Notes under the pieces: model-generated
The model's database searches: none
Seen by the model: the letters and a program-made list of their open reading frames with translations, nothing else
Told to the model about the DNA's origin: nothing
Made by a program: the position numbers and the translations under genes
From: Candidatus Aminicenantes bacterium
Lineage (GTDB): Bacteria; Acidobacteriota; Aminicenantia; JAMOAD01
Reading direction: 5' to 3'
Assembly: GCA_035403085.1 (NCBI GenBank)
Contig: DAONEM010000007.1
Span: forward strand, 452 to 64,451
DNA: 64,000 bases
Part shown: in pieces, positions 35,411 to 44,359 of the stretch
Layout: each line of letters begins with the position of its first letter
Position numbering within the stretch: the stretch's first letter is position 1

Positions 35411-38395
35411 TTACCGGGAAGGGCTCTGACCCTCTGAGAGGGCGGCGGAGAGGGCTTTTTCTCCCATCTCCTCTTCTACTGCCGCCTCCGGGGTGAGGAC
35501 TAACGCCTCCTTGGCCCCGTCCCAAGAGACGGCGATTCTCTGAAACGGCTCTTCCTGGAAGAGTTTCAAGAGAGCAACCTTCTGAAGAAGCTCTCCTTCG
35601 ATGATTCTGTTCACTTCCCGAGCCCCGTACTCGGGCTGGAAGCTCTTCCTAGCCAGGTAGTCGATGGCTCCGTCGTCGACCCGCAACGAGAGGTTGTCTC
35701 TCTCCAAAACCGTGTTAAGGTCGTTCAGCTTGAGGGAGACGATCTCCCGGATGTCTTCGAAGGCCAGGGGGTTGAAGAAGAGAATCTCGTCGATTCTGTT
35801 GAGAAATTCAGGGCGGAAGAACCTCTTCAGCTCTCCTCCCAGTTCGCTCTTTGTGACGGAGCTTTTCCCCTGAACCGCGGAGAAGCCCATCTTCACCTGA
35901 GAGAAAAGAGCCGTGCCGACGTTGGAAGTCATGATAATGACGGCTTTGTCGAAGTAAGCCTTCTTCCCCCGGCTGTCCGTCAGGACTCCGGAATCGAAGA
36001 CCTGGAGGAAGAGGTTCAAGACCTGGGGGTGAGCCTTTTCGATCTCGTCGAGCAGGACCACTTTATAGGGGTCACGCTTGATCTCGTCGGTGAACTGGTT
36101 CGTGTCGGAGTAACCGACGTAGCCCGGGGCGGCGCCGATCAACCGCGAAACGGTATACTCCTCCATGTACTCGGACATGTCGATCCGCAAGAGCTTTTTC
36201 TCGTCTCCGAAGAGCTCCTTGGCGAGAACCTTGGCGGTCTCGGTCTTTCCCACTCCCGTGGGCCCGAGGAAGAGGAAGATGCCGTCTGGGCGGAGAGGGT
36301 TGAGCTTCAGCCCCGCCTTCAGGGGGAGAAGTTTCTTGACCAGTTTACCGAGACTGTCGTCCTGGCCCACGATTCGGGAGCGAAGCCGAGTCTCCAGGTT
36401 CTTGAGCCTCTCCTGGAGGGAGAGGGAGATGGAGGAGAGCTCGACTCCCCTGGTGTCGGCCAGAGTCTGGAGAAAGTCGATTCCGTGGACCTCCGGCAGG
36501 TCCATCTTCCGGCGGTGAAAGCCCAGGGAGGCTCTCGCGCAGGTTCTGTCCAGGAGTTCGATCGCCTTGTCGGGAAGGAGGCGGTCTCGGAAAAACTGCT
36601 TGACCAGTTCCAGGTGGGGTACGATCTCCTCCATGGAGATTACCGTGTGGTGATGGTTTGAGAGGTTCTCCGCCTTGGAGTGGAGGATCTCGGCGACGAT
36701 GGGAAGGGAAAGCTCGGCCAGGTCGACCCGTTGGAAGAGATGGGAGAAGAGGGGAATCTTATCGAGAGTCTTCAGACACTCCTCGTAGGAGGTTGTGGCC
36801 AGGACCCGGAGCTTTCCCCTCTCCAGGAAAGGCTTGAGAAGGGAAGAAAAATCGGGGATCCCGCTCCTGCCATCGCCTCCGACCAAGGAGTGGATATCTT
36901 CAACCACCAGCAGGGCACCCTCCTCCTCGAGTCGGGAGAAGATTCCGATGAGTTTCTCCTCCAGCTGGCCCCTGAACTTGGCCCCCGAGAAGAGGAGGGC
37001 CGTGTTGAGCTCGAAGACGGGAAGGGAGAGGAGGCTCTCGGGAACCTGGTTCTCCAGAATCTTCTGGACGAAGCGGTTGATCACCGAACTCTTCCCCACC
37101 CCAGGATCTCCGACCAGGAGGGTGTTGCAGCGGGAGAGGCAGAGGGAGATCTCCACGATCTGCTCCGCCTCCTTCTCTCGTCCGAGAATCGGTTCAAAGA
37201 GACCCTTCACCCGTTCCCTCAAGTCCGTCAGATCCTTCTCGCCGCTCCCCTTGGGCTCTTCGGCCTTCCTTATCGGGGCCTGACCGGAGGCGTTCTCTTG
37301 AAGGGTCTCGTACTTCTTGAGGATCTCCGAAGAGAGAAGGATCTTCTTGATCTTCTCCCCAAGCTGGAGCACCCGGGAGGGGTTGTTGGTCTGGAAGAAG
37401 ATATCGATCAGGAGAAGGTAAGGGAAGTAGAGTTCCGGAGCGACCCGAAGGAGGCTCTCCAGGAGAAGGACCGATTGGGAGTACCTCTCCAGGTGAAAGT
37501 AGGAGAGTCCGGTGAAGTAGTCCAGGAGGTAGAGGAAGGGCTCCGAGGATTTCTCGTCCCTCTTGAAGGCGTTGATGTTCTTCAGAAGAAGGTTGTAGTT
37601 CTTGTTCTGGAAGGCCTCTCTGATCGAGGAGAGGTGTTCCATGCACCTTTTCTGATCCGGTGAGAGGAAGGGAAGGATCGCGGAGAGAGAGGGCTGGAAG
37701 ACGAGAAAGGAGCGGAAGAGGGGGAAGAAGGCGTCCGCGGGGACTGCCTCGGCGAGATCGACGGTCTCCCCCGCCTCGTCGGAGAAGGAGGTCAGGGAGG
37801 TCCGACCCTCCCAGAGGTAGTAACGCCCCTCTCGAAGGACGACGAAGGGGTGGAGGGGGAAGGCCCTGCCCGGCGACCCCAGCAGGAGACGAGGCCCGGG
37901 GCCTCTTTTTTGAAGCTCTTCTTCGCCGGGGTTTTCGTCGATCCTGAGGCCCAGGTTGCCGTAGAGAAAGGAGGCGTAGATCTCGAAAGCGTTCCGAAAG
38001 TCCGAGGAGACCGTCTTGAGGTGGTCTTCCGGAAGGGAGAGGTAGAGGGGTTTGACAAAAGAACGGACCCGCGAGAAGAAGTTGAAGTAGAGACGCCGCT
38101 CCTCAATGGTCTTGAAGAGGGTCGCCGGGTAGTGCTGGATCAAATAGGAGTGGACCTCCAGGGCGTTCTCATCCTCCAGAAGGGCGAGGTCGGAATCGAG
38201 AAACCTGGAGACCTGGATGTAGGAGATGCTCTTGTCTACGAGTTCCCTGAGAAGGGCGAAGTTGAGGAAACGGATGTGGTTGAGGAAGAGGGCGTGGGTC
38301 TCTCCGTAGGAGAGGGGAAGAAGAGAGCCTCCCCTCTCCTGACGGAGAAAGGAGAGGCTCTTCTTGTGGACAACGAAAGGCAAAGGAGATGCCAT
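35411..38395 (-). CDS. Clp/Hsp100-family double-AAA+ ATPase with an unrecognised ~400 aa N-terminal region (TPR-like repeats) and a degenerate D1 module
   Basis: D1 reads [35 protein letters not shown], matching ClpA/B LIGRE..PLLVGExGVGKT. Its Walker B reads VVEDIH instead of IDEIH, and the arginine-finger context is HLFQ instead of RRFQ. It has the [10 protein letters not shown] linker and no long M-domain. D2 is canonical: [41 protein letters not shown]. Confidence 0.7.
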   Translation of the reverse strand: MASPLPFVVHKKSLSFLRQERGGSLLPLSYGETHALFLNHIRFLNFALLRELVDKSISYIQVSRFLDSDLALLEDENALEVHSYLIQHYPATLFKTIEERRLYFNFFSRVRSFVKPLYLSLPEDHLKTVSSDFRNAFEIYASFLYGNLGLRIDENPGEEELQKRGPGPRLLLGSPGRAFPLHPFVVLREGRYYLWEGRTSLTSFSDEAGETVDLAEAVPADAFFPLFRSFLVFQPSLSAILPFLSPDQKRCMEHLSSIREAFQNKNYNLLLKNINAFKRDEKSSEPFLYLLDYFTGLSYFHLERYSQSVLLLESLLRVAPELYFPYLLLIDIFFQTNNPSRVLQLGEKIKKILLSSEILKKYETLQENASGQAPIRKAEEPKGSGEKDLTDLRERVKGLFEPILGREKEAEQIVEISLCLSRCNTLLVGDPGVGKSSVINRFVQKILENQVPESLLSLPVFELNTALLFSGAKFRGQLEEKLIGIFSRLEEEGALLVVEDIHSLVGGDGRSGIPDFSSLLKPFLERGKLRVLATTSYEECLKTLDKIPLFSHLFQRVDLAELSLPIVAEILHSKAENLSNHHHTVISMEEIVPHLELVKQFFRDRLLPDKAIELLDRTCARASLGFHRRKMDLPEVHGIDFLQTLADTRGVELSSISLSLQERLKNLETRLRSRIVGQDDSLGKLVKKLLPLKAGLKLNPLRPDGIFLFLGPTGVGKTETAKVLAKELFGDEKKLLRIDMSEYMEEYTVSRLIGAAPGYVGYSDTNQFTDEIKRDPYKVVLLDEIEKAHPQVLNLFLQVFDSGVLTDSRGKKAYFDKAVIIMTSNVGTALFSQVKMGFSAVQGKSSVTKSELGGELKRFFRPEFLNRIDEILFFNPLAFEDIREIVSLKLNDLNTVLERDNLSLRVDDGAIDYLARKSFQPEYGAREVNRIIEGELLQKVALLKLFQEEPFQRIAVSWDGAKEALVLTPEAAVEEEMGEKALSAALSEGQSPSR

Positions 38396-39636
38396 TAGTC
38401 CTCGATCTGGTGGATCACCAGGCCCGATCTGAGCTTCGGCTCAAACCAGGTGGATTTGGGGGGCATGATCTGCCCCGCGTCGGCGACCCTCAACAGCTCG
38501 TCCATGGTGGTGGGGCGAAACGAGAAGGCCAAGGCGAACTCGCCTTTGTCGACGAGGGACTGGAGGTAGTCGACTCCGCGAATCCCTCCGACGAAGTCGA
38601 TCCGCTTGTCTTTCCGGATGTTCTCGATTCCCAGGATCGGAGCGATGAGGTTCTTCTGAAGAATCTGCGCGTCCAGGCTCTCTACGGCATCGGAGGCATC
38701 GAAGATTCCGGCCTTCGGCTGCAGGGAGTACCATTGGCCGGGGAGGTAGATGCAAAGCTCGTGGACGGAGACGGGGCTCTTTCTCTCAACAGGGGTGACA
38801 GTATATTTCTCTTGGACCCGCTTAAGAAAGTCTTCCCGGGAGAGGCCGTTCAAGTCTTTGACGACTCTGTTGTAGGCCATGATCTGGAGCTGATCGTGGG
38901 GGAAGATCACCGAGAGAAAATAGTTGTACTCCTCTTTCCCTGTGTGGTGGGGGTTGGCGGCGGCTCTCTCCTTCTTTACCCTCGTGGCGGCGGCGGAACG
39001 GTGGTGGCCGTCGGCGACGTAGAGGAAGGGGACGGAGGCGAAGAGAGAGACGACCTTCTCCTGAACCGCCTTGTCCTTGATGACCCAAAAGGTGTGAACA
39101 ACGCCGTCTGGGGTGGTGAGGTCGTACTCGGGAGCCTTCTTGCTCTCCGAGACGAGGATGGAATCCAGGTCCTCCCTGCTACGGTAGGCGAGGAAGACCG
39201 GTCCGGTCTGGGCGTTGAGGGTGACGATGTGGCGGGTCCGGTCGATCTCCTTGTCTTCCCTGGTGAGCTCGTGCTTCTTGATGATGTTCTTCTCGTAATC
39301 TTCCACAGAGGCGCCTGCGACGAAACCTGTTTGGACGTGGTCGCCCATCTTCTGCCGGTAAACGTAGATGTGCTCCTCTTTGTCGGGAACGAGGACCCCT
39401 TCGTTTATGAAGCGGCGGAAGTTTTCGGTCGCCTTGGCGTAGACGCGGTCATCGTAGAGGTCGATACTCGGGTCCAGGTCGATCTCGGGCTTGGAGACGT
39501 GAAGGAAAGAGACCGGGTTGGCTTTGGCCATCTCCCGGGCCTCTTCGGAGCTGAGAACATCGTAGGGCGGGGCCGCGAGCCGAACGGCGACCTCCTTGTT
39601 GGGTCTGAGTCCTTTGAAGGGTTTAATGAGAGCCAT
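38395..39636 (-). CDS. DUF1015 family protein
   Basis: MALIKPFKGLRPNKEVAVRLAAPPYDV... N-terminus and a length of 413 aa are typical of DUF1015. Its TAA stop overlaps the Clp-like ATG (TAATG). Confidence 0.65.
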   Translation of the reverse strand: MALIKPFKGLRPNKEVAVRLAAPPYDVLSSEEAREMAKANPVSFLHVSKPEIDLDPSIDLYDDRVYAKATENFRRFINEGVLVPDKEEHIYVYRQKMGDHVQTGFVAGASVEDYEKNIIKKHELTREDKEIDRTRHIVTLNAQTGPVFLAYRSREDLDSILVSESKKAPEYDLTTPDGVVHTFWVIKDKAVQEKVVSLFASVPFLYVADGHHRSAAATRVKKERAAANPHHTGKEEYNYFLSVIFPHDQLQIMAYNRVVKDLNGLSREDFLKRVQEKYTVTPVERKSPVSVHELCIYLPGQWYSLQPKAGIFDASDAVESLDAQILQKNLIAPILGIENIRKDKRIDFVGGIRGVDYLQSLVDKGEFALAFSFRPTTMDELLRVADAGQIMPPKSTWFEPKLRSGLVIHQIED

Positions 39637-39688
39637 TGTTGCCTCCAGTTATAAGGTATGATGATTCCATTCTATCAGCCTTCGTCTC

Positions 39689-42157
39689 TCAGAGGAAGAG
39701 GTTGAGGGAAGAGCCCTCCGTCTTGGAGAGGTAGGATGCGACCCCTCCCACCTCGACCCCATCGATCAGCTCCTCTCGCCTCAGGCCCATGAGGTCCATG
39801 GACATCTGGCAAGCCACCATCTCGACCCCTTGGGTCTTCGCCTCTTCGATCATCCTCTCCAGGGAGGCGATGTTCTTACGGGCCATCCGGGATTTGATCA
39901 TCCTGGAGCCGATTCCGAGGAGGTTCATCCGGGAGAGGGAGAGCCGAGAGCTCCCTCTGGGCATCATCCAACCGAAGAGCCTCTCTTGAATCTCCTTTCT
40001 TGAAGCCTGAGTCTCTCTCTTCCTGAGGATGTTCAGCCCCCAGAAGGTGAAGAAGAGTGTGACCTGTTTGCCCAGGGCGGCGGCGCCGTTGGCGATGACA
40101 AAGGTGGCCAGGGCCTTGTCCAGGTCGTCGCTGAAGACGACGAGGGTCGTGCCCTTCTTCGTCCGATCCTGGAGGGGTGCGGAGTCAGGGGCCCCCTCCC
40201 CCTTCTCGATCTCCGCCTCCACGACTCCCCTCTCTTCCTTGACCGAGAGGACACGGTGCCCTGTCATCTGGCTCCAGGCGCGAAGGTCGCGGGAGAATCC
40301 GGGGTCCGTCGCCTGAACCGTGAGAACGTCCAGGGGGGAGAGCTTCCCGATCTCCTCCTTGAGCCTCAGAATCGGGCCTGGACACTGAAGCCCGCAGGCG
40401 TCGACGGTGACCCGACGGGAGGGGGAGACATTGTTCCGGGGGGCCGGAGAGTCTGGTTCCTCCTGGGCGTTCGAAGGAGCGGGCGGCTCCACCCGGTTCT
40501 CCTGCTCCCCCTTGGCGAGGGAGTAGGTCTTATAGCCTCCCGAAAGGTTATAAACCTCCTTGAAGCCGCTCTGGATGAGAATCCGAGAGGCGATGTACCC
40601 TCTCAGGCCGACGGCACAGAAGACCAGGATTCCTCTTCCGGTGGGAAGTTCGCCGATCCTCTTCCTGAGATCGTCTACGGGGATGTTGAGCGCCCCCGGG
40701 ATGGTTCCCAGGGAGAACTCCTCGGGAGTCCTGACGTCCAACAGGAGGAGCCTGCCGGAGTCCCCGGGAGTGACCTCGTTCCAACCGATATTTTTAAGCC
40801 TTCCCATGGTGAGGTTCTCGGCGGCGAAGCCCGCGATGTTCACCGGGTCTTTGGCAGAGGAGAAGGGAGGGGCGTAGGAGTGTTCGATCTCTCCCAGATC
40901 CGAAACCGTTCCGCCCCTGCGGAGAGTGGCGGCCAACAGGTCGATCCTCTTGTCCACCCCATCGTAACCGACGACCTGAGCGCCCAGCAGGCGACCGCCT
41001 TCCGGAGAGAAGAGGAGCTTGATGGAGAGGGGAATCGCCCCGGGGTAATACCCGGCGTGGTGGCCGACGTGGACGATGGAGGAGAGGAAGGGGATCTTCT
41101 CCCGCTTAAGGCTCCTCTCCGAGTGTCCTGTGGCGGCGACGGTCATGTCGAAGACCTTGGCGATGGCCGTTCCGACGGTCCCCTGGTAGACGCGGTGGTT
41201 CCCCAGGACCATGTTGTCCGCGGCGATACGGGCCTGCCTGTTGGCCGGTCCGGCCAGGAAGAAGAGGCTCGGCCTCTTGGTGACAAGGTCGACCGTCTCG
41301 ACGGCGTCACCGACAGCGTAGATGGAAGGGTCGTCGGTCTGGAGAGAGTGGTCGATCCGGATTCCCCCCCTCTCGCCGAGGGAGAGTCCCGCTTCCGAGG
41401 CGAGCCTCGTCTCCGGTTTGACTCCGATCGAGAGGATCACCAGATCGGCGGGGAGGGCGAGACCGCTCTCCAGAAGGGCCACAGGCTTTCCTCCCTCATC
41501 CCGGAAGGAGGCGACCCTCTCCTTGAGGAAGAGCCCTACCCCCTTGCTCTTCAGGTGCTGATGAACAAAGGCGGCCATCTCGTAGTCCAGGGGGGCCATG
41601 ACCTGGTCCATCATCTCCACGATGGTCACCGAGATTCCCCGGTTATGAAGGTTCTCGGCCATCTCCAGGCCGATGAAGCCGGCTCCGATGATGAGGGCGC
41701 GACGGGGACGGTTCTCTTCGATGGTCCTGGCGATTCGATCGGTATCCGGGACGTTCCGGAGGGTAAAGATCAGAGGGTGGTCGATTCCCGGCAAGGGCGG
41801 ACGGACCGGTTCGGCACCCGGAGAGAGGAGAAGCTTGGTGTACTCCTCCCGATAGGTTCTGCCCGTGGAGAGCTCCCTGACCTGCACGCGTTTTTTTTCG
41901 CGGTCGATGGAGACCACCTCGGAGCGGGTCCGCACATCCACACGGAAGCGGCGGCCGAAGCTCTCAGGGGTTTGAAGGAAGAGCTTCTCCCGCTCCTTGA
42001 TGGTGCCTCCCAGGTAGTAGGGAAGGCCACAGTTGGCATAGGAGATAGACTCCCCCCTTTCGAAGAGAAGGATCTCCCCCTCTTCGTCCATCCTTCTCAA
42101 ACGGGCGGCCGCCGAGGCGCCTCCCGCGACTCCGCCTACGATCAAGTATCTGTTCAT
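39689..42157 (-). CDS. Multidomain CoA-disulfide-reductase/NADH-oxidase-like flavoprotein fused to rhodanese, TusA and DsrE-like domains (putative NAD(P)H persulfide/polysulfide reductase)
   Basis: FAD/NAD Rossmann region (IVGGVAGGASAA) with the redox Cys in SYANCGLPYYLGG. Rhodanese domain with active-site Cys (VFCAVGLRG). TusA CPxP motif (ACGLQCPGP). C-terminal DsrE/DsrF-like domain. 822 aa. Confidence 0.75.
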   Translation of the reverse strand: MNRYLIVGGVAGGASAAARLRRMDEEGEILLFERGESISYANCGLPYYLGGTIKEREKLFLQTPESFGRRFRVDVRTRSEVVSIDREKKRVQVRELSTGRTYREEYTKLLLSPGAEPVRPPLPGIDHPLIFTLRNVPDTDRIARTIEENRPRRALIIGAGFIGLEMAENLHNRGISVTIVEMMDQVMAPLDYEMAAFVHQHLKSKGVGLFLKERVASFRDEGGKPVALLESGLALPADLVILSIGVKPETRLASEAGLSLGERGGIRIDHSLQTDDPSIYAVGDAVETVDLVTKRPSLFFLAGPANRQARIAADNMVLGNHRVYQGTVGTAIAKVFDMTVAATGHSERSLKREKIPFLSSIVHVGHHAGYYPGAIPLSIKLLFSPEGGRLLGAQVVGYDGVDKRIDLLAATLRRGGTVSDLGEIEHSYAPPFSSAKDPVNIAGFAAENLTMGRLKNIGWNEVTPGDSGRLLLLDVRTPEEFSLGTIPGALNIPVDDLRKRIGELPTGRGILVFCAVGLRGYIASRILIQSGFKEVYNLSGGYKTYSLAKGEQENRVEPPAPSNAQEEPDSPAPRNNVSPSRRVTVDACGLQCPGPILRLKEEIGKLSPLDVLTVQATDPGFSRDLRAWSQMTGHRVLSVKEERGVVEAEIEKGEGAPDSAPLQDRTKKGTTLVVFSDDLDKALATFVIANGAAALGKQVTLFFTFWGLNILRKRETQASRKEIQERLFGWMMPRGSSRLSLSRMNLLGIGSRMIKSRMARKNIASLERMIEEAKTQGVEMVACQMSMDLMGLRREELIDGVEVGGVASYLSKTEGSSLNLFL

Positions 42158-42170
42158 CTCAGCCTCCTGG

Positions 42171-42552
42171 TCAACCGTTCACTATGTCGTTCCGAGGAAA
42201 AGGATCCTTCCACTCCCGGGAGAGTGTCTCCAGGCTCTTCCTCTTCCTCTCCCCCTCTTCGGAGAGGGAAAAACTGGCCCTGCGCCGGTCGGCTCCCCTC
42301 TCTTCCCGTAGAATCAGCCCTTTGGATTCCAGAGACCTCAGGATTCTCGAGACCCTGGAGAGGGAGATGCCGCACTCCCGGGAGAGCTCGCCGGGGGAAC
42401 GGGAGTGGAGAAGGGAACAGAGGAAGAGGGCCTCGTTTAGGGTGAGCCCTGAGTGGATACGGATCTTCTCTTCTGCCTGGTGGACGAAGAGGAAGATCTC
42501 CTTGAGCCTTGCGAAACAACCGGTATTTTTGTTATCAGCAATATTTGCCATT
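42171..42552 (-). CDS. MarR-family transcriptional regulator
   Basis: Winged-HTH MarR pattern (LTLNEALFLCSLLHSRSPGELSRECGISLSRVSRILRSLESKGLI). The likely start is MANIADN at 42552; the track ORF extends to 42587. It contains three Cys residues. Confidence 0.7.
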
Positions 42553-42561
42553 AGCAAAAGT

Positions 42562-42588
42562 ATATACCCTCCCCTCTGGGAGGTCAAG
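42562..42588 (-). promoter_or_regulatory. Putative marR promoter (TTGACC, ~15-17 nt spacer, TATATA) abutting a C9/G9 tract
   Basis: On the minus strand: cccccccccTTGACCtcccagaggggagggTATATActtttgctaATG. The -10 sits about 10 nt from the start codon, so the mRNA would be leaderless or nearly so. Confidence 0.4.
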
Positions 42589-42597
42589 GGGGGGGGG
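42589..42597. repeat. G9 homopolymeric tract immediately upstream of the putative marR -35
   Basis: Counted directly: nine G at 42589-42597. Confidence 0.9.
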
Positions 42598-42680
42598 AGG
42601 AGATTCCTCTCCCCCGAAAGGAGACTGGACGGGGCGACCGGAGTGAGAGGGTCCCCGTTTCGGGAACGCCCCTCCTCTTT

Positions 42681-42708
42681 CCGACCTTTCCGGAGCCGGA
42701 AAGGTCGG
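42681..42708. promoter_or_regulatory. Perfect 13-2-13 inverted repeat CCGACCTTTCCGG-AG-CCGGAAAGGTCGG in the marR / M20-peptidase divergent region
   Basis: Both arms are exact reverse complements. It lies about 27 nt upstream of the TTGACC -35 of the peptidase promoter and about 130 nt upstream of marR. It is not followed by a T-run. Confidence 0.6.
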
Positions 42709-42734
42709 CCTTCAGCCCCAGGAGGACCCTTCGG

Positions 42735-42763
42735 TTGACCCTAGAATCCTTTTCCTGTAGAAT
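42735..42763 (+). promoter_or_regulatory. Sigma-70 promoter TTGACC-17-TAGAAT for the M20 peptidase gene
   Basis: TTGACC at 42735-42740, 17-nt spacer, TAGAAT at 42758-42763, followed by AAGGAGG (42781-42787) and a GTG start at 42792. Confidence 0.5.
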
Positions 42764-42791
42764 GATTCCTCTGCGTCGAAAAGGAGGAACA

Positions 42792-44036
42792 GTGAAGAGA
42801 GACGAGATCTTCCACCATGTGGAGAGCCTTCGAGAGGAGATGGTTGAGCTTCAAAAGGAGCTGACCCGTCGTCCCGCCCTGGGGCCCGAAAGCGGCGGCC
42901 AAGGGGAGAAAGAGAAGGCCGACTTTCTGAAGGCCTGGATCGTTCAGAATCTGAAAAAGGCGGAGGTCCAGGAGTTCAACGCCCCGGATCCCAGGGTGCC
43001 CTGCGGCTACAGGCCGAACCTCATCGTTTTCTATCCGGGCAAAGACTCCAAGCGAACCCTCTGGGTCATGAGCCACATGGACGTGGTCCCCTCCGGGGAC
43101 TTGGAACAGTGGAAGCACAACCCCTTTGAGGCATGGGTGGAAGACGGCAAGATCTTCGGACGTGGAGTGGAAGACAACCAACAGGAGATGGTCGCCTCCC
43201 TGGCCGCCCTCCAGACTCTGGAGAGGCTCGATCTGACTCCTCCCGACCGGATTGGAATCGTCCTTGTCTCCGACGAGGAGACTGGTTCGGAACACGGGAT
43301 ACGTCACATCCTCAAGGTGGCCCCAAAGCTTTTCAAGCCCCAAGATCTGATCGTTGTCCCCGATGCGGGGAGTCAGGAGGGAATCTACATAGAGGTTGCG
43401 GAAAAATCCATCCTTTGGATCCGGTTTACGGTCCACGGGAAGCAGACCCACGCCTCGACACCCGATCTGGGCGTGAACGCCAGGAAAGCTTCCGCCTACC
43501 TCACCGTCAGGCTCTGCGAGACGCTGGCCAAGAGGTTCCCCGCCTCAAACCCCCTCTTCGACCCTCCCCTATCGACCTTCGAACCGACAAAGGTTCAGGC
43601 CAATGTCCCCAACATCAACACCATTCCCGGAGAAGAGGTCTTCTACTTCGATTGTAGGGTTCTTCCCGAGTATCCTCTGAAAGAGGTCACCGCGGTGATC
43701 GACGAGGTCGTTCGTTCCGTGGAGAGAGACTTCACCGTCTCCGTGGAGATGGACTACCCTCAGAGGGAGGAGGCCGCGCCCCCGACTCCCGAAGACGCCC
43801 CCGTGATCAAGAGGCTCTCCCGAGCGGTCAGGAGCGTCCTGAAAGAGAAGACGAAGACGATCGGAATCGGCGGGGGTACCGTGGCGGCCGTCTTCCGCAA
43901 GGCCGGCCTGAACGCGGCGGTATGGGCGAAGCAGGACGAGTTGGCCCACGAACCCAACGAATATTCTGTGATCGACAACATGGTGGACGACGCCAAGGTC
44001 TATGTGGACTTCTTCCTCCATGAGGAGAGGGAGTGA
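42792..44036 (+). CDS. M20-family metallopeptidase (ArgE/DapE/ACY1-like)
   Basis: WVMSHMDVVP, GRGVEDNQ and VSDEETGS are metal-binding motifs of the M20 family. The track ORF starts at 42735, inside the promoter; GTG at 42792 with a good RBS is preferred. Confidence 0.75.
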   Translation: MKRDEIFHHVESLREEMVELQKELTRRPALGPESGGQGEKEKADFLKAWIVQNLKKAEVQEFNAPDPRVPCGYRPNLIVFYPGKDSKRTLWVMSHMDVVPSGDLEQWKHNPFEAWVEDGKIFGRGVEDNQQEMVASLAALQTLERLDLTPPDRIGIVLVSDEETGSEHGIRHILKVAPKLFKPQDLIVVPDAGSQEGIYIEVAEKSILWIRFTVHGKQTHASTPDLGVNARKASAYLTVRLCETLAKRFPASNPLFDPPLSTFEPTKVQANVPNINTIPGEEVFYFDCRVLPEYPLKEVTAVIDEVVRSVERDFTVSVEMDYPQREEAAPPTPEDAPVIKRLSRAVRSVLKEKTKTIGIGGGTVAAVFRKAGLNAAVWAKQDELAHEPNEYSVIDNMVDDAKVYVDFFLHEERE

Positions 44037-44359
44037 AGGTCGTCCTAGGCATGGTGACCGTTCCTTCAAGAGAGGTCGGGGAGAGGCTCTCCTCTCTCCT
44101 TGTCGAGAGAGGCCTGGCCGCCTGTGTCTCCCTTCTCCCCTCCCTGGTCTCCACCTACCGGTGGAGAGGGAAAGTGGAACGGGAGGAGGAGCTTCTTCTC
44201 CTCATCAAGACCAGGGGAGAGAGGGTCGAAGAGCTACGGCTCGCCTTGAAGGAGAACCACCCCTACGAAGTCCCGGAGATGCTCTTTTTTGACGCCCACA
44301 GCGTCTTCCCCCCCTATCTGGAGTGGGTCGCCGCTAACACCGGAGGAAATAATGAATAA
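44033..44359 (+). CDS. cutA: Divalent-cation tolerance protein CutA
   Basis: 108 aa; MKVVLGMVTVPSREVGERLSSLLVERGLAACV...NHPYEVPEM is the CutA1 fold signature. Confidence 0.8.
   Translation: MKVVLGMVTVPSREVGERLSSLLVERGLAACVSLLPSLVSTYRWRGKVEREEELLLLIKTRGERVEELRLALKENHPYEVPEMLFFDAHSVFPPYLEWVAANTGGNNE

Noticed and set aside
42735-42791. ORF-track start of the M20 peptidase at ATG 42735
   Set aside because: This stretch coincides with the TTGACC-17-TAGAAT promoter. A GTG at 42792 with an AAGGAGG RBS is the more plausible start.
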